This document shows positions 50,410-64,000 of a stretch of DNA of 64,000 bases, piece after piece (position 1 is the stretch's first letter; every line of letters starts with the position of its first letter). The notes under the pieces are model-generated. The model ran no database searches, was not told where the DNA came from, and saw only the letters and a program-made list of their open reading frames with translations. Position numbers and translations under genes: made by a program. The stretch lies in NCBI RefSeq assembly GCF_009914755.1, contig NC_060929.1. One strand, written 5' to 3'. Source of the DNA: the human T2T-CHM13v2.0 reference genome, Homo sapiens.

Positions 50410-50556
50410 AGTTTGGCTGAATTGGAAGTGTTATGTACTCATCTCTACATAGGGACTGATCTTACACAAAGAATAGAGGCTGAGAAAGCACTCTTGGAAC
50501 TTATTGACAGTCCAGAATGTCTCAGCAAGTGTCAACTTTTATTAGAACAAGGAACA
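50410..50556 (+). CDS. RANBP17: RANBP17 coding exon 2 ([49 protein letters not shown])
   Basis: T-tract and AG acceptor at 50408-50409; 147 nt open; GTAAGT donor at 50557; importin-beta N-terminal region similar to XPO7. Confidence 0.97.
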
Positions 50557-51138
50557 GTAAGTATTTGGTAACAATGATTAACCATGAAAGATCAGTAGAT
50601 GTATGTCATTGTTAATGAACTCGTGTGTTAGCAATGGTAACTGATAGATATTGCCACATGGTTTTTTTGTTTTTGTGAAACTATAGTTTCACTGTCAAAG
50701 GGGTTAATCAGGAAAAGAATTGGAAAACCTGGAAAGCAAACTTAGGGAAGAGCCAGGAAATGAAATAGGAATGAATTGAGATAGTTTCTTGATTACTATT
50801 GGTCTCTTTTTATGTCTCATATTAGTGGGCAAATTTACATTTTTAGGAAGTTGACTAACAACTTAAAAAAATCTAGATAGGGGAGGCAGATTGTAATTAC
50901 CTCAGAAACATGAAAGGATGATTCGAAAGCATGCTGATTACCTCTTGCCTGCCTCCCATCTAGATATTCATAGTCTAGACATTCATATTCATTTAGTAAA
51001 ATATTTAAATGTCAAATCAGATGCTGTACTGCTTACTTGATTTATGTACATGAATTAAAGTAGCAGTTTGTTTAGTTGGAGAGGTAGATACCTAAATAGC
51101 TATGAAACGATTGCAGTAAGAGACTGTGTGGTCTAGAG

Positions 51139-53530
51139 CAGAGTTGTCAAACTTTTTCTGTGAAGGGCCAGATAGCAAATATTGTAGACTTTCTGGGCCA
51201 GGAGACAAAATGGAAGATATTTTGTAAGAACATCTATAGAAAGAGAAAAAACAAATTTCTACAAAGTTTTATTGATGAGATTCAAAATATAATAATCTAA
51301 TACAGACTTTTTAATAATACAGGTCTGTTAATGAAGAGAATAGAACTGTTTTTGGGCGGATAACATTTTTCTATTAATAACTGGAGTTCAGAGTTGTTTT
51401 CTATCATCATCATTGATTGCAGATGTTCATATGTTAATGCTGATCTATAATGAGATTTTACATATTTTATATTTGAAAGTATCTTTTCACATAGATAGGT
51501 ACTGCTAAATACTAATATCAGTCCATGAGCATATGATTATAATTAAGCACATTCATCATTTACAAGGCATTTAAAAAATTCTGTTAAATGTTGATATTTG
51601 CCTTTTAGCATGTCATTATATGCAGATTGACCACTTCCAATTGAAGATTAAGTGGGAGCTCTTAATTGCACAGTTAAATGGATTTTATAATATGGAAATT
51701 TCCTTTACATTTGCATCAAGATCTGAAGCTGGAGCTGTAGTTGAAGCTCAGAAAATATATCTCTGAATAGAGAGCTCACTACTTGTTTTAACTTTTGACA
51801 ATGTGGGAAGTATATAAAGCTGCCTGACATTACTTGCATTTCAAATGATGTTATCAAAATGGCTTTACTGCAGTATAAGTTCTGCATATAGGTTCTAAGC
51901 ACTTTTTAGGCAATTTTGTATTTTTGGTTGAATTTATTGAGGAACATTATCAATTTTGCAACAAAAAGTAAGTTCCAAAGCCATTTCGTGTTGAACAATG
52001 GTGACTTGGTTGTTCTGAATGAGACATTCAGAAAAATTTTAGCCTTATCCCTGAGCTAAAAAAATAGCAGTAAAAACTTATCACTGATAAGCTATTAAAC
52101 TATTGTGTGAGGAGACAAGTAAGGATATTGTTTCCAACACAGAATATTCAGATACTGCTTCTCTATCTTACAGAAATTAACAGAGCTAAAGTTCACAAAA
52201 GTGAATGAAGTCCACTGTTAACACTACTGATTTATTAACTTACAATAGATTCATATATTTACCACACAGTATCTGCTGATGAATAATATGGTGAATAACC
52301 ATAGACTTTAAACATCTTACATTTTTCACAAGCTTTGTAAATTTGTTCAGCTAAGCCCTTTTCCGCTCCATATGTTTTACCACTAGTGTGACATATCGTA
52401 GCAGATTCTACTTCAGTTTATATTGAATTAATGTGTCCTCAACTTCTTTGGAAATATTCTGTCCTGTAGTTCTCCCACAGTCTTCATAGAGGCCAATTCT
52501 TTAGTTGCTTCACACTCAGCATTGACTTCTAGAATAAACAGATAGTAAGTATTGGTAACATTAATGGTATGAGCATTATAAGAAACATCTGTCCACTCAT
52601 CAAGACTTAAGGAGAACCTTTCCAAATCATTTGTCTTGTTTTCAAATTGACTTTTGATGTTGTTCCAGTGTCTTCAGCTCTTTGAGAATTTGCTCCCACC
52701 AGAAACTAGTAATCTTATTTTCTCTGCACATATAACTTTGGCTGCTGTAATAAAACAATGTTGATTTAATTAACTCATCATCGGTAAATGGCTGTGTGAT
52801 TGGCTAACAAATGAGCCACTTGGAAACTTTGGTTGCAGTCTCATTTTTTATATTTGTAAAGACAGTCTACTATGATGAGATATCCAATTTTCTATTTTTT
52901 CTGACTTTTGATTTCCTGAGTTGGGAATATTGTGATGGGAATATTGGGGATATTGCTTGGTCTGATATTGTCAGCATGTATTGTATTCTTTTAGGACAAC
53001 CATAGTACCATTACATAAAAAGCACATTGTTTTGCTATGTAATCAATGAAAGAATAGTCCATACTCCATTGTGCCTTAAAAATTAGATATTTGAAGTCCA
53101 TTTTTATCTTTTCTTATTTCGATATGATAGACATGTGCTGGTAATAATAAAAGGTATGTGTCATGTCATGACAACACCCATGGCTCTCTAGGCACTGTAG
53201 AGTTGTAGCTACCTCACTGTGGTTTATGATACGCTGAGCAGCAGTAGGAAGCACTGAGCGCCACATGTGGTCTCTGTTTTAGCTATTCAATTCTGCCATC
53301 GTGGCATGAAAGCAGCCATAGGCAGTGTGTAAATGAATGAGCATGGCTGTGTTTTAATAAACTTTATGGACACCAAAATACAGATTTCATATATTTTTCT
53401 GTCACAAAATATTGTTTTGATTTTTTTGAACAGCTGAAAAGCTGTTTAAAATTGCAAAAAACATTCTTAGGTCACAACCCATGTAAAAACAGGCAGGATT
53501 TGGTCAAGGGCCATAGTTTGCCAGCCTCTG
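51139..53530 (-). mobile_element. hAT-Charlie DNA transposon (Cheshire/MER58 type), apparently full length
   Basis: Perfect 8 bp TSD GTCTAGAG (51131-51138, 53531-53538); imperfect TIRs cagagttgtcaaact / agtttgccagcctctg; transposase remnant FSLSLDEWTDVS...KELASM at 52428-52625. Confidence 0.88.
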
Positions 53531-54118
53531 GTCTAGAGAAAAAAAGAGGGAGTATCTTTGCAAGAATTTCTAGGAGGTGGAGTGAATACATGAACCAAAT
53601 TTTCAAGGGTGAGCATGCGTTTAGACAGTTTGAGTATAGTATTAAGATAATTGGGGGCCAGAGAGAATATAGTCAGACATGGGTTTCAAGGAACACGGAG
53701 GTCAGGGTGGGGAAGATTTGGAAAGGAACCTAAAGGCTGTCATGGTCAGAGCAAAGTCAAGAATGGAATCAGATGAATTTGAAGAGATAATCAGAGGCCA
53801 GATGATGTAGGGCTGTAGACCATGGTAAAAGTACTGTATTTTATTTGAACTTGCTTTATTTCTCCTCTTTGCTTATTGTTATTTGAGATGGCTGTCTACA
53901 TCTCCCTCAACTAATGATTTCTTTTAAGAGATTGTATGCCTGTGTATGTGTATCCTTTTCTGTATGTATGTATCTCAAGTTGACATATTTTATCTATTGT
54001 AAATTTGCCAGTTTGGAAAACCGGAAGAATTTCTGTTATTGCTTAGAAGAACATCTCTATCACAATGCTTTATTTTAATTTCATTTATGATAATAATAAA
54101 TAAAATTATTCTTTACAG

Positions 54119-54209
54119 ACATCCTATGCTCAGCTCCTTGCAGCAACATGTCTTTCAAAACTTGTCAGCCGAGTCAGTCCTTTACCTGTTGAGCAGAGGA
54201 TGGACATCA
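54119..54209 (+). CDS. RANBP17: RANBP17 coding exon 3 ([30 protein letters not shown]+1 nt)
   Basis: ctttacag acceptor; 91 nt in frame with exon 2; GTAAGT donor at 54210 (phase 1). Confidence 0.96.
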
Positions 54210-54388
54210 GTAAGTGGCTTATTATGCTTTTTAACCAACTGCGCTTTAAAAATCTTTTTCTTTTAAATATACTAAACTGTTACTAGGATTGCAAATTTTT
54301 TATGTCTGTCATTTTTAAAAACATGAGTATCAAGTCTCATTTACTCATCTGTGATGAACAGTGATGTGTTACATAAAGCAACGTCTAA

Positions 54389-54692
<304 letters not shown>

Positions 54693-54729
54693 AAAAAAGC
54701 ATTTATTTAATGATAAACAATAACTAGCA

Positions 54730-54940
54730 TTTTGTGTACTATTTGTTAAGATTTGTACTATCTCATTTTATCCACCAAATAAGATTTTTGAGTTATCCTC
54801 ATTTCACAAATGAGGAAGTTAGATTTGCAGACAGGCTCTGTCACGTGCCCGAGATCACACAACTAGAAAGTAGTAGGGTTATGATTCAAAGCTACTCTAC
54901 CTGTTTAGAGTCCAGGCTTTTAGTCATTATCTTAACTTGG
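54730..54940 (-). mobile_element. MIR
   Basis: ttatcctcatttcacaaatgaggaa...gatcacacaactagaaag. Confidence 0.7.
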
Positions 54941-57249
54941 TATGCAACTGAATGACAGGACAGAATTCAGCTCTCTGGTGTTTTTCAGGATGCTATATCA
55001 AAATCATTTGGGGTATATGTAAAATAAAAGCAGGTTCTTATTAGGAAGATAATTTATATATGGATAAACAGTCTTGGAACTTTACTTGAAAAAATGATTT
55101 TATAAAGTAGCAGTATGTTTTTTGGAGTTAATGTATTTTAAGTTTTTGTGTGTATGTAAGTAGCTTGCATTTCATATGGACAAAATTGTAATAATTGAGG
55201 TGTGGGGTTTTTTGGGTCATCTTTGTTCATATTAGAAATAGATTGTTGACTCATTTCTGTTCTTCAGCCTCAAGGTTAACATAATTTATATTTATCAGAA
55301 AAGTTAAAATGTATTGTATGTGATGGATCTTTAAGTTTAAATTTGACTGGTCAAAATCTCACAATGATACCTTGTTTTCCTCTATATTGACTGTTATTTT
55401 TATAAGCACTCTGAGTCTTAGGTACTGCAGAAAGCCTTGAGAAGGATTTATCCACTGTTGGACTTGCATACTTAAGAAAGCAAAGGAAAGGAGTTTACAG
55501 TTTTAAAAATAAGGGTTCAAATAGTGTAAAGCTAAGTCATAAAACTTGTGATTTTGTTTATTATACTTTTCAATACACATCTTTTAAATAGACTTAATTT
55601 TTTTAGAGCAGTTTTGGGTTCACAGCAAAATTGAGCACAAAGTACAGAGGACTTCCGTATAGTCCCTTCTGCCACACACGCACAGCTTCCCATCTATCAA
55701 CATCCTGCACCAAAGTCGTACATTTGTTACAATTGATGAACCTACATTGATACATCATCATTAACCAAAGTCTGTAATTTACATTAGGGTTCACTCTTGG
55801 TGTTGTATTTCTATGGATTTTGACAAATGTGTTAATACAATGACATGTATCCACCAATATAGTATTATACAGAATAGTTTTACTGCACTAAAAATTCGCT
55901 CTTCTCTGCCTATTCATCCCACCCTCCCCCAACCCTGATCTTTTTACTGTCTCCATAGCTTTGCCTTTTCCAGAATATGATATAGTTGGAATCATACAGC
56001 CTGAGGTATCAATCATACATGTAGGCTTTTCACATTGGCTTCTTTCACTTAGTAATATGCATTTAAGGTTCCTCCATGTTTTTTTCATGGCTTGATACCT
56101 CATTTCTTTTTAGCGCTGAATAATTCTTTGTTGTCTGGGTATACCGCAGTTTATCCATTCACTTACTGAAGGGCATCTTGGTTGCTTCCAAGTTTTGACA
56201 ATTATGAATAAAGCTGCTATCAACATACATATGTGGGTTTTTGTGTGCCCAAACATTTTCAGCTCCCTTGGATAAATACCTTGGAGCACAATTGCTGGAT
56301 TATATGTTAAGAGTGTGTTCAGTTTTGTAAGAAACCACCACACTGTCTTTCAAGGTGGCTGCACCACTTTGCATTCCCACCAGCCATGAGTGAGAGTTCC
56401 TGTTGCACCACATCCTTGCCAGCATTTGCCATTTTCTGGATTTTGGCTAGTTTGATAGATGTGTAGTGGTATCTCCTTGTTTTAATTTGTATTTCCCTGA
56501 GAACATATGATATACAGCACCTTTTTATGTGCTTATTTGACCTCTGTACAATTGACCCTTGAACAATGCGGATATTAGGGGCATTGACCCCCTGCGCAAT
56601 CAAAAAGTCACAACTTTTGACTCCCCCAAAACTTAACTGCTTATAGTCTACTGTTGACTAGAAGCCTTACCAATAACATAAAAACAGGCTGATTAATCCA
56701 TATTTTGTATGTTATATGTGTTATATACTATATTCTGTGAATAAGCTAGAGAAAAGAATATTATTTGGAAAATTAAAAGAAAGATAAAATGTATTTACTA
56801 TTCATTAATGGAAGTGGATCATCATAAAGATCTTCATCCTCATCATTTTCACATTGAGTAGGCTGAGGAAGAGAAAGAGGAGAGGTTGGTCTTGCGGTCT
56901 CGGGGTGGCAGAGGCAGAGGAGGCAGGAAAGGCAGGAGCACTAGGTATAACCTTATGGAAATACATTGTAATTTCTGTCTGACTTTTTTGCTTTTTCATT
57001 TCTTTAAAAATGTTTCTATAAAGTACCAATCCTTCTGTGTTCACTTTAAATTCAGTGCCCTGTATCATAGAAAGGTCCATGTCCTGAAAGAAGTCTGGAA
57101 TAATGGAAACATTTCTGCCAGATTGTCCAATGTTAATTTTTTTTTTTCTGGCACTGCTGTTTCTACTACATCTTCTCCCTCATCATGTGGCACTGGTTCA
57201 GAAGCACTCATCTCCATAAAATCATCTGTAAATTCTGATGTTTCTTTTG

Positions 57250-58120
57250 TTAGATTCCCTAGTAGGTGTAGGTTTCTCCCTTGTGTAAAACTTAGCAATT
57301 TGTAGGAAACTTTGATCTTTTTTTTCAAGTGAGTAATGTCTGACAGGCTTAGACCTTTTGTCGCCTTTACTTAGAGTTGACGTTAGTAAATCCTTAAAGG
57401 CTTTTTAGTAGCAGACTTCCAAAAGATTCAGGAATTTTAGCATACTTTTAATTTCAGATTTTCAGCTGACTTTAGCTATAGTATACAGTAGGTTAAGACT
57501 CATGTCTATGACTTTTACTCGAAGAACAGCAGTAAAGTACAGAAGTTTTCTATATTTAGCCAAGATTTATTTCAGTAGAAGATAATCTTCTCTGACTAAT
57601 CTTTGAGATTGGAATAAGCCTTTAAAGATAAACCTCAGAATTCTCATTTTGGGGTAATATCATCCATTTCAGTTCCCTAGGTTTGGCATAGGAGATAGTG
57701 ACTACACTGGTGTGTGACTCTTTTCCTGGAGATTTCTTCCTGAAAAATGCAAGAGCTGTTGGTGAGAGCAGGCTTGCAGTGATAATAGTTGAGTCTGGTC
57801 TACAAAGATTTTGTAACTCCTTGGAAAGCCTCTTATAATCATTCTTAACCTCTTTGTAGCTAAAAGTTTAGAGTAGTTGAAATCTGTAGGAATGCACTTC
57901 TGAGGGCCAAAAATGTGACTGACTTGGGAACAATTCTTAAACTGATTAACTAGCTGTAATATAGTTTTGTGAATTTATTGCACTGATCCTGTACCTTGTG
58001 GTGTATTTGTCCCTATTAAATAAGTGTTGTTTTGTCCTCTTTAATGTTGCTTGTAAACAGTAGTGCCCATTGAAACATATATTTGATTTTTAAAAAATGT
58101 TTCATATGAAAACTACCTAT
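57250..58120. other. Unidentified non-repeat insert (mRNA 3'UTR-like) inside Tigger2
   Basis: Interrupts contiguous transposase sequence; ATTAAA at 58015-58020; short A run; weak flanking duplication. Confidence 0.55.
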
Positions 58121-58963
58121 TAGGTTTATTAGATCTTGAATTTCTCCAAGATCCATATCTTGAAACCCTTCACTCTCCACCTTTTTTTTTTTTTTTGCCA
58201 CATCCACAGTCTCTTTCATGATTTCCTTGACTGGCTCTGCTGTTGTATATCCTGTGAAGTCATGCACAACATCTGGACAGAGCTTCCTCCAGCAGGAATT
58301 TATTGTTTCAGGCTTGATGGCTCTCATGGCTTTTTCTATAACAACAATGGCATCCTCAGTGGTAAAATCCTTCCAGACTTTCATGAATGTTCTCTCTGTG
58401 GGGGTTCTCTTCCATAGTGTTGACAATCCTTTTTATACAGTACCGTGTGTACCGTGTATGACCCCTAATTCAGAGGCTAAATTAGAGATGTGTTTAGGGG
58501 CACATAGACCACTTTAATGTCCTCATTGAACTCATGGGGTTCTGAGTGGCCAGGGACATTGTCCAATATGAAAAGAACTTTAAAAGGTATTCCCTTACCG
58601 GCAAGGTACTTAGTAACTTCAGGGACAAAGCATCTATGAAACCAATCCAGAAAAAGGTTCTCTTCTAGGCCTTGTTATACAGCCAGAAGACTGGCAGCTG
58701 GTATTTATTTTTTCCCTTCAAGGCTAGGAGATTAGCAGCTTTGTAGATAAGGGCAGTCCTGATCATAAACCTGACTACATAAACCTTGACTGTGGTTGGA
58801 ACATGTACAATCTAAGCGTGTGTGTAAGTTTTGATAAATTTTAACTTTTTATAATAGATTTGTGTATATTTTATGATAGTAAATGATAAAATAGAGTAGT
58901 ATCTACATTTATACCTTCTTATTTTTAAAAATATTTCAACACTACACCATTCATTTGAGGTGC

Positions 58964-59288
<325 letters not shown>

Positions 59289-59977
59289 TAAAAATTGTCA
59301 TAAGTCTCCAAAAATTTTTCCAATATATTTATTGAAAAAAATCCATGCATAAGTGGTTCTCTACAGTTCAAACTCATGTTGTTCAAGGGTGAACTGTTAC
59401 CTTCTTTGGAAAGGTGTCTGTTAAGGTCATCGGCCCATATTTTAATCAGATTGTATTCTTATTTTTGAGTTTTAAGAGTTCTTTGTGCAGTTTGGAAAGC
59501 GGTTCCTTTGATATGTCTTGTGCAAATATTTTCTCCCGATCTGTGGCTTATCTTTTTATTCTCTTGACATTGTCTTTTGCAGAGCAGAAATTTTTCATTT
59601 TCATGACAAAGTTTACCTTATTCATTCTTTCTTTCGTGGATTATGCCTTTGGTGTTGCATCTAAAAAGTCATCACTGAACCAAGGTCACTTAGATTTTCT
59701 CTTATTTTATCTTCTAGGAGTTTTATAGCTTTATGTTTTACACTTAGGTCTGTGAACCATTTTAAGTTAATTTTTGTGAAGGGCATGTAGTCTATGTCAA
59801 GATTCCTTTTTTCCATGTGGATGTCCAGTTGTTCCAGCACTATTTGCTGAGAAGACTTTTCTCATATTTAAAAGATTCATAACATATTTTGTTACTCCCT
59901 TTGCTCCTTTGTCAGAGATCAATTGACTGTATTTATATGGGTCTATTTCTAGGTTTTTTTATTCTGTTCTGTTGATT

Positions 59978-60346
59978 GGCATCTTAGTTGGTTTTGTGCT
60001 GCTGTCACAGAATAGCTGAGACTGGGTAATTTATCAAAAAAGAAATGTATTTCTTACAGTTCTGGAGGATGGAAAGTTCAAGATCAAGGGGCTGGCATCT
60101 GGTGAGGGCCGTCTTGGTGCATTATCCCATGGTGGGAGGGCAAAGAGAAGGCAAAAGAGAGTGACAAAAGGGGGCTGAAATCGTCCTTTTTAAAGGACCT
60201 ACTCCTGAAATAATGACATTAAACCATTCATATGGGCAAAGCACTCTTGGTGTACTCATCTCTTAAAGATCCTGCCTCTTAAGATGTTACAGTGGCAGTT
60301 AAGTTTCAGCATGAGTATGGGAGGGGACAGACATTCAAACTGTAGC
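59978..60346 (-). mobile_element. MST-type MaLR LTR nested in L1
   Basis: tcttagttggttttgtgctgct...gagactgggtaattta...ggggacagacattcaaactgtagc. Confidence 0.8.
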
Positions 60347-63184
60347 TGTTGATGTGTCATTTCTTTTGCTGATACCAAACTGTCTTGATTACTGTAGCTT
60401 TATGGTATGCCTTGAAGTAGGGTAGTGTCAGTCTTCCAACTTTGTTCTTCTTCGGTATTGTGTTGGCTATTTTGGTATTGTGTTCGGTATGGTGTTCGGT
60501 ATTGTGTTGGCTTTTGCCTCTCAATATAACTTTTAGAATCAGTTCATTCATATACACAAAATAAATTACTGGGGTTTTCATTGGGATTGCATTGAATCTT
60601 TAGATATAGTTGGAAAATACTGATATCTTGACAGTGTTGAGTTTCCTGTCTAGGAACATGTAATATGTATTCATTTATTTAGATCTTCTTTGGTTTATTT
60701 TATTATAGTTTTGTAATTTTCCTCATATGGGTCTTGTACCTACATATTTTGTTAGATTTAAATCTAAGTATTAATATTTCATTTTTGAGGGTACTAATGT
60801 AAGTTATTTTGTGTTTTATTTCAAGTTCCAGTTGCTGGTAAAGCAGAGTGATTGACTTTGGTATATTAACCCATATTGTGTAACCTTGCTGTAATCATTT
60901 ATTAGTTCATAATTTTTTGTCAGTTCTTTCATATTTTCTACATATCATGCCATCTGTGAGCAAAGACACTTTTAGTTCTTCTTTCTTAATCTATATGCAT
61001 TCTATTTCTTTTTCTTATTGCATTTTCTAGGACTTACAGTATTATGTTGCAAAGCAGTGGTGAGAGGGGACATCTTGCTTTTTTCCCAATCTTAGTGAGA
61101 AAGCTTCAAGTTTCTCACCATTAAATATGATTTTAGCTGTAGGTTTTTTGTAGATGTACTTTATCAAATTGAGAAAGTTGTCCTCTATTCCTAGTTTGCT
61201 GAGAGTTTTCATCTCATTCATCACCATTCAACATCAATGGATGTTGAATTTTGTCAAATACTTTTTCTGCATCTATTTATGTTATCATGTGATTTTTCTT
61301 TAGCTTATTGATGTGATGGATTACATTAATTAATTTTTGAATATTGAACTAGCCTCATATATCTTTTTTCTTTCTTTTTTTTTGTAGTTTCTTTTTGTTC
61401 CATGTTCTCTTTCTCTCCTTGCTTTCTTTTGCTTGCCCTTTCTTTCTCTCTCTCACACTCTCTCTCCAGATAGTTCATAAGTTAACTCTCTAGACATAGA
61501 TTATAGTGTATACTTCTCACTATTAGAATTTAGGGTTGTTTCCATCAGAGGATTTTTAGTTAAATTTTGAGGTGTGTATCGTCTCTTTCCTTTCCCAAAT
61601 GACATACTGGCTTTTGGGGCAGAGGTAGAAATTGAGTGTTTCCCCTTTCTTTTAATTATTTTTATATTTTGATAGCACACTCTAAAAGACTATCTACAAG
61701 TTTGGATTTAGAGTTTTGAATTATGAATTATTACTAAAATATATGATTTGTCCAATATTTGGAAACAGGAAGCAAACAAAAAATCGGAATGAACCACAAT
61801 AACCTGATTCAGAGTCCCAGTCATTTTACATTTTTGACCTTCATATTTTTGGCCTATAAGACAGAATAATAGTAATACATAATAGCAGTATCTTCACATT
61901 GCTATGAGAGCCACATCAAGTATTTGATGGGAAGCACTTCACAATTTCTGACATGCTTCATAAACATGAAATATTATTGTTACTGTTATATAGGCTTTTG
62001 ACACGCAAAGGACCTCTAGTGTGTAGCTTTCCAACTTTCTACTGACTTTTGTCTGGGGTTTTTCCCAGCTGTTTGTTGTGGTTGTTGTTCTCCCATGTAT
62101 CTTCCCAAACATTTCCATTTCTTCTTAGTATGGCTTTTCTCTATTAATTGTACCAGTGAGGAGGAGATTGCTGATGTTTTAAATGATTGTAATTATTGGT
62201 GCTTACTAAATTGGAACATTCTTATAGTTTGTGTAAAAAGCATAACATGAGAATATTTTGTGTAAAACATTCAGCTAAAGTAACAGAAACATATTCTAGT
62301 GATTTTTTTTCCCTGCCTTAGATAATGAATTTATTAGCCCTAGGTACCTTTGTTTGGGCAATCTGGGAACATGTCCTTGTTGGTATCTAGCTTTAAATGT
62401 GAAACTTGGGTTGTCTCCTATTTGTTTGTTTTATTATTATTTTGAGATTACCCTCCTCCTAGTGGTCACTACTACCCACATAGGGTTTGCCTGTATCCAC
62501 TGCAAGATGAACATTTTCAGGATATTAAAAATAAAAGTGTAATTGAAGTAAATACACTGGATTTTCTTTTATATTCAGGAAGCAGTGTCATCTTCTTATG
62601 TTTTGTTATTGAAATAAAAGATTACATGCAACAAAGCTTAGAACCATATTACTGTGATTCGTAGGAGAAACTTCTCTGATATTTGTCCTAATGCTAAGGA
62701 AATTATGCTTTTTTTCAAAATGTATTTTATCTTTTTTATTGTATAACTATTTTAATATTAATAAAAATTAAGGTTGAAGTATAATAGTTACAAGAACTTT
62801 TTTAAATATCAAGAATCTTACTACAATTATCAAGAATGCTTGTTGCATACATTCTTGGATTTTGGAGTTGTTTCCATCAAAGCTGTTTTTAATTAAATAT
62901 TGAGGTATTTACCTTTTCTTTACTATTTTCCCAAATGGCATGCTGGCCTTTCAGGCCAAAGTGGAAATGGAGTTTTTTCTCTTTTAAAAATTCTTCTTGT
63001 AGTTTTCCGAGAGACTTCTTGGTGTATTTGTTATCTGACTTCATGAGTCAACTAGAAAGCTCATAACTGAATTTGCTATCCACTTTTAACAGTTTTGGTG
63101 TATTAACTTTATTACAAGCTTGACTTTACTATTCTACTTATGCTTTCTTGAATTTATATATTTATTTTATCATATTATACTGTT

Positions 63185-63335
63185 TATGTTTGTTTTTGGT
63201 GGGACGGGATCTCACTCTGTCACCCAGGCTGGAGTGCAGTGGCATAGTCATTCTCAGTGTCCCAAGTAGGTAGGACTGTAGGCGCATGTCACAATACCCA
63301 GCTAATGTTTTAACAATTTTTTGTAGAGATGGGGT
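63185..63335 (-). mobile_element. Partial Alu
   Basis: tctcactctgtcacccaggctggagtgcagtgg with internal deletion. Confidence 0.75.
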
Positions 63336-63787
63336 TTATTTGTATTTTTAATGCTACCTCAAGAAGACAGTGTATAGTCACTTTTGCTATAACATGACAT
63401 GTTCCTAAAAGTGACTGTGCTATGCAATGCTACATAATAAAAAGCACAGGGCTTATGAGAGAAATCAGATTATGAAAATAAAATTTAAAAGTTTTGTCAG
63501 TGACATATTTAGAAAAAGATACAAATCAAATCAAAGGTTAGTAGAGTTTTACACATTAAATGGTTAAGGAAAGCATAGTACAATAAATATGACACTTTAC
63601 CTTGGGAAAGACCTGAAGTTTGTTCTTAGAAGTGGGACTCAGAAGGGTTGCAGCTTGTGAGTTATTGTAAAGTGGTGAAAGAAAGATGATCTGAAATAGT
63701 ATGGAAAGATATAATACCAGATAAGGATGGGTGGGGTTGATGATACATAGTAGATGTTTGAGGTATATGCGTTTTGTTCAGTTGGCC

Positions 63788-64000
63788 TGTATATTAGTTG
63801 GTTCTCACACTGCTATAAAGAAATATCTGAGACTGGGTGATTTATAAAGAAAAGAGGTTTAATTGGCTCATGGTTCTGCAGGCTGTACGGTTAGCATGGC
63901 TGGGGAGGCCTCAGGAAACTTCCAATTATGGCAGTAGGTGAAGGGGAAGCTGGCATGGCTTACATGGCTGGAGCAGGAGAAAGAGAGAAGGGGGAGGTGC
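63788..64000 (-). mobile_element. MSTA-like MaLR LTR (cut by window end)
   Basis: tattagttggttctcacactgctataaagaaata...gaggcctcaggaaactt. Confidence 0.85.

Noticed and set aside
58016-58426. Domesticated TIGD-like gene
   Set aside because: Short broken transposase fragments inside a TIR-bounded Tigger2 with an internal deletion
63372-63785. Possible Tigger-like DNA transposon fragment
   Set aside because: Looks repeat-derived, but I could not establish TIRs or family with confidence

Overview
Human genomic DNA (primate Alu/L1 content plus a human-specific AluYa5). It covers about 34 kb of repeat-rich sequence upstream of RANBP17 (importin-beta/exportin-7 paralogue, 5q35.1), then its CpG-island promoter and first three coding exons on the + strand (34347-34364, 50410-50556, 54119-54209; the gene continues past the window). 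Nearly all other ORFs in the track are artefacts of Alu, L1, simple repeats or high GC. I found no convincing new multi-gene system. The notable structures are: an ~845 bp (CAC/CAT)n tract; a MER41 solo LTR with both STAT1 motifs decayed; a twin-primed (5'-inverted) L1PB; a cluster of nuclear-receptor DR1/IR0 motifs and an in-frame upstream ATG at the RANBP17 promoter; a tailless 7SL retrocopy; an apparently full-length hAT (Cheshire/MER58-type) transposon with a perfect 8 bp TSD; and a Tigger2 whose transposase is split by an unidentified ~870 bp 3'UTR-like insert. Repeat subfamily names come from recalled consensus sequences, not a search, and most repeat boundaries are approximate.
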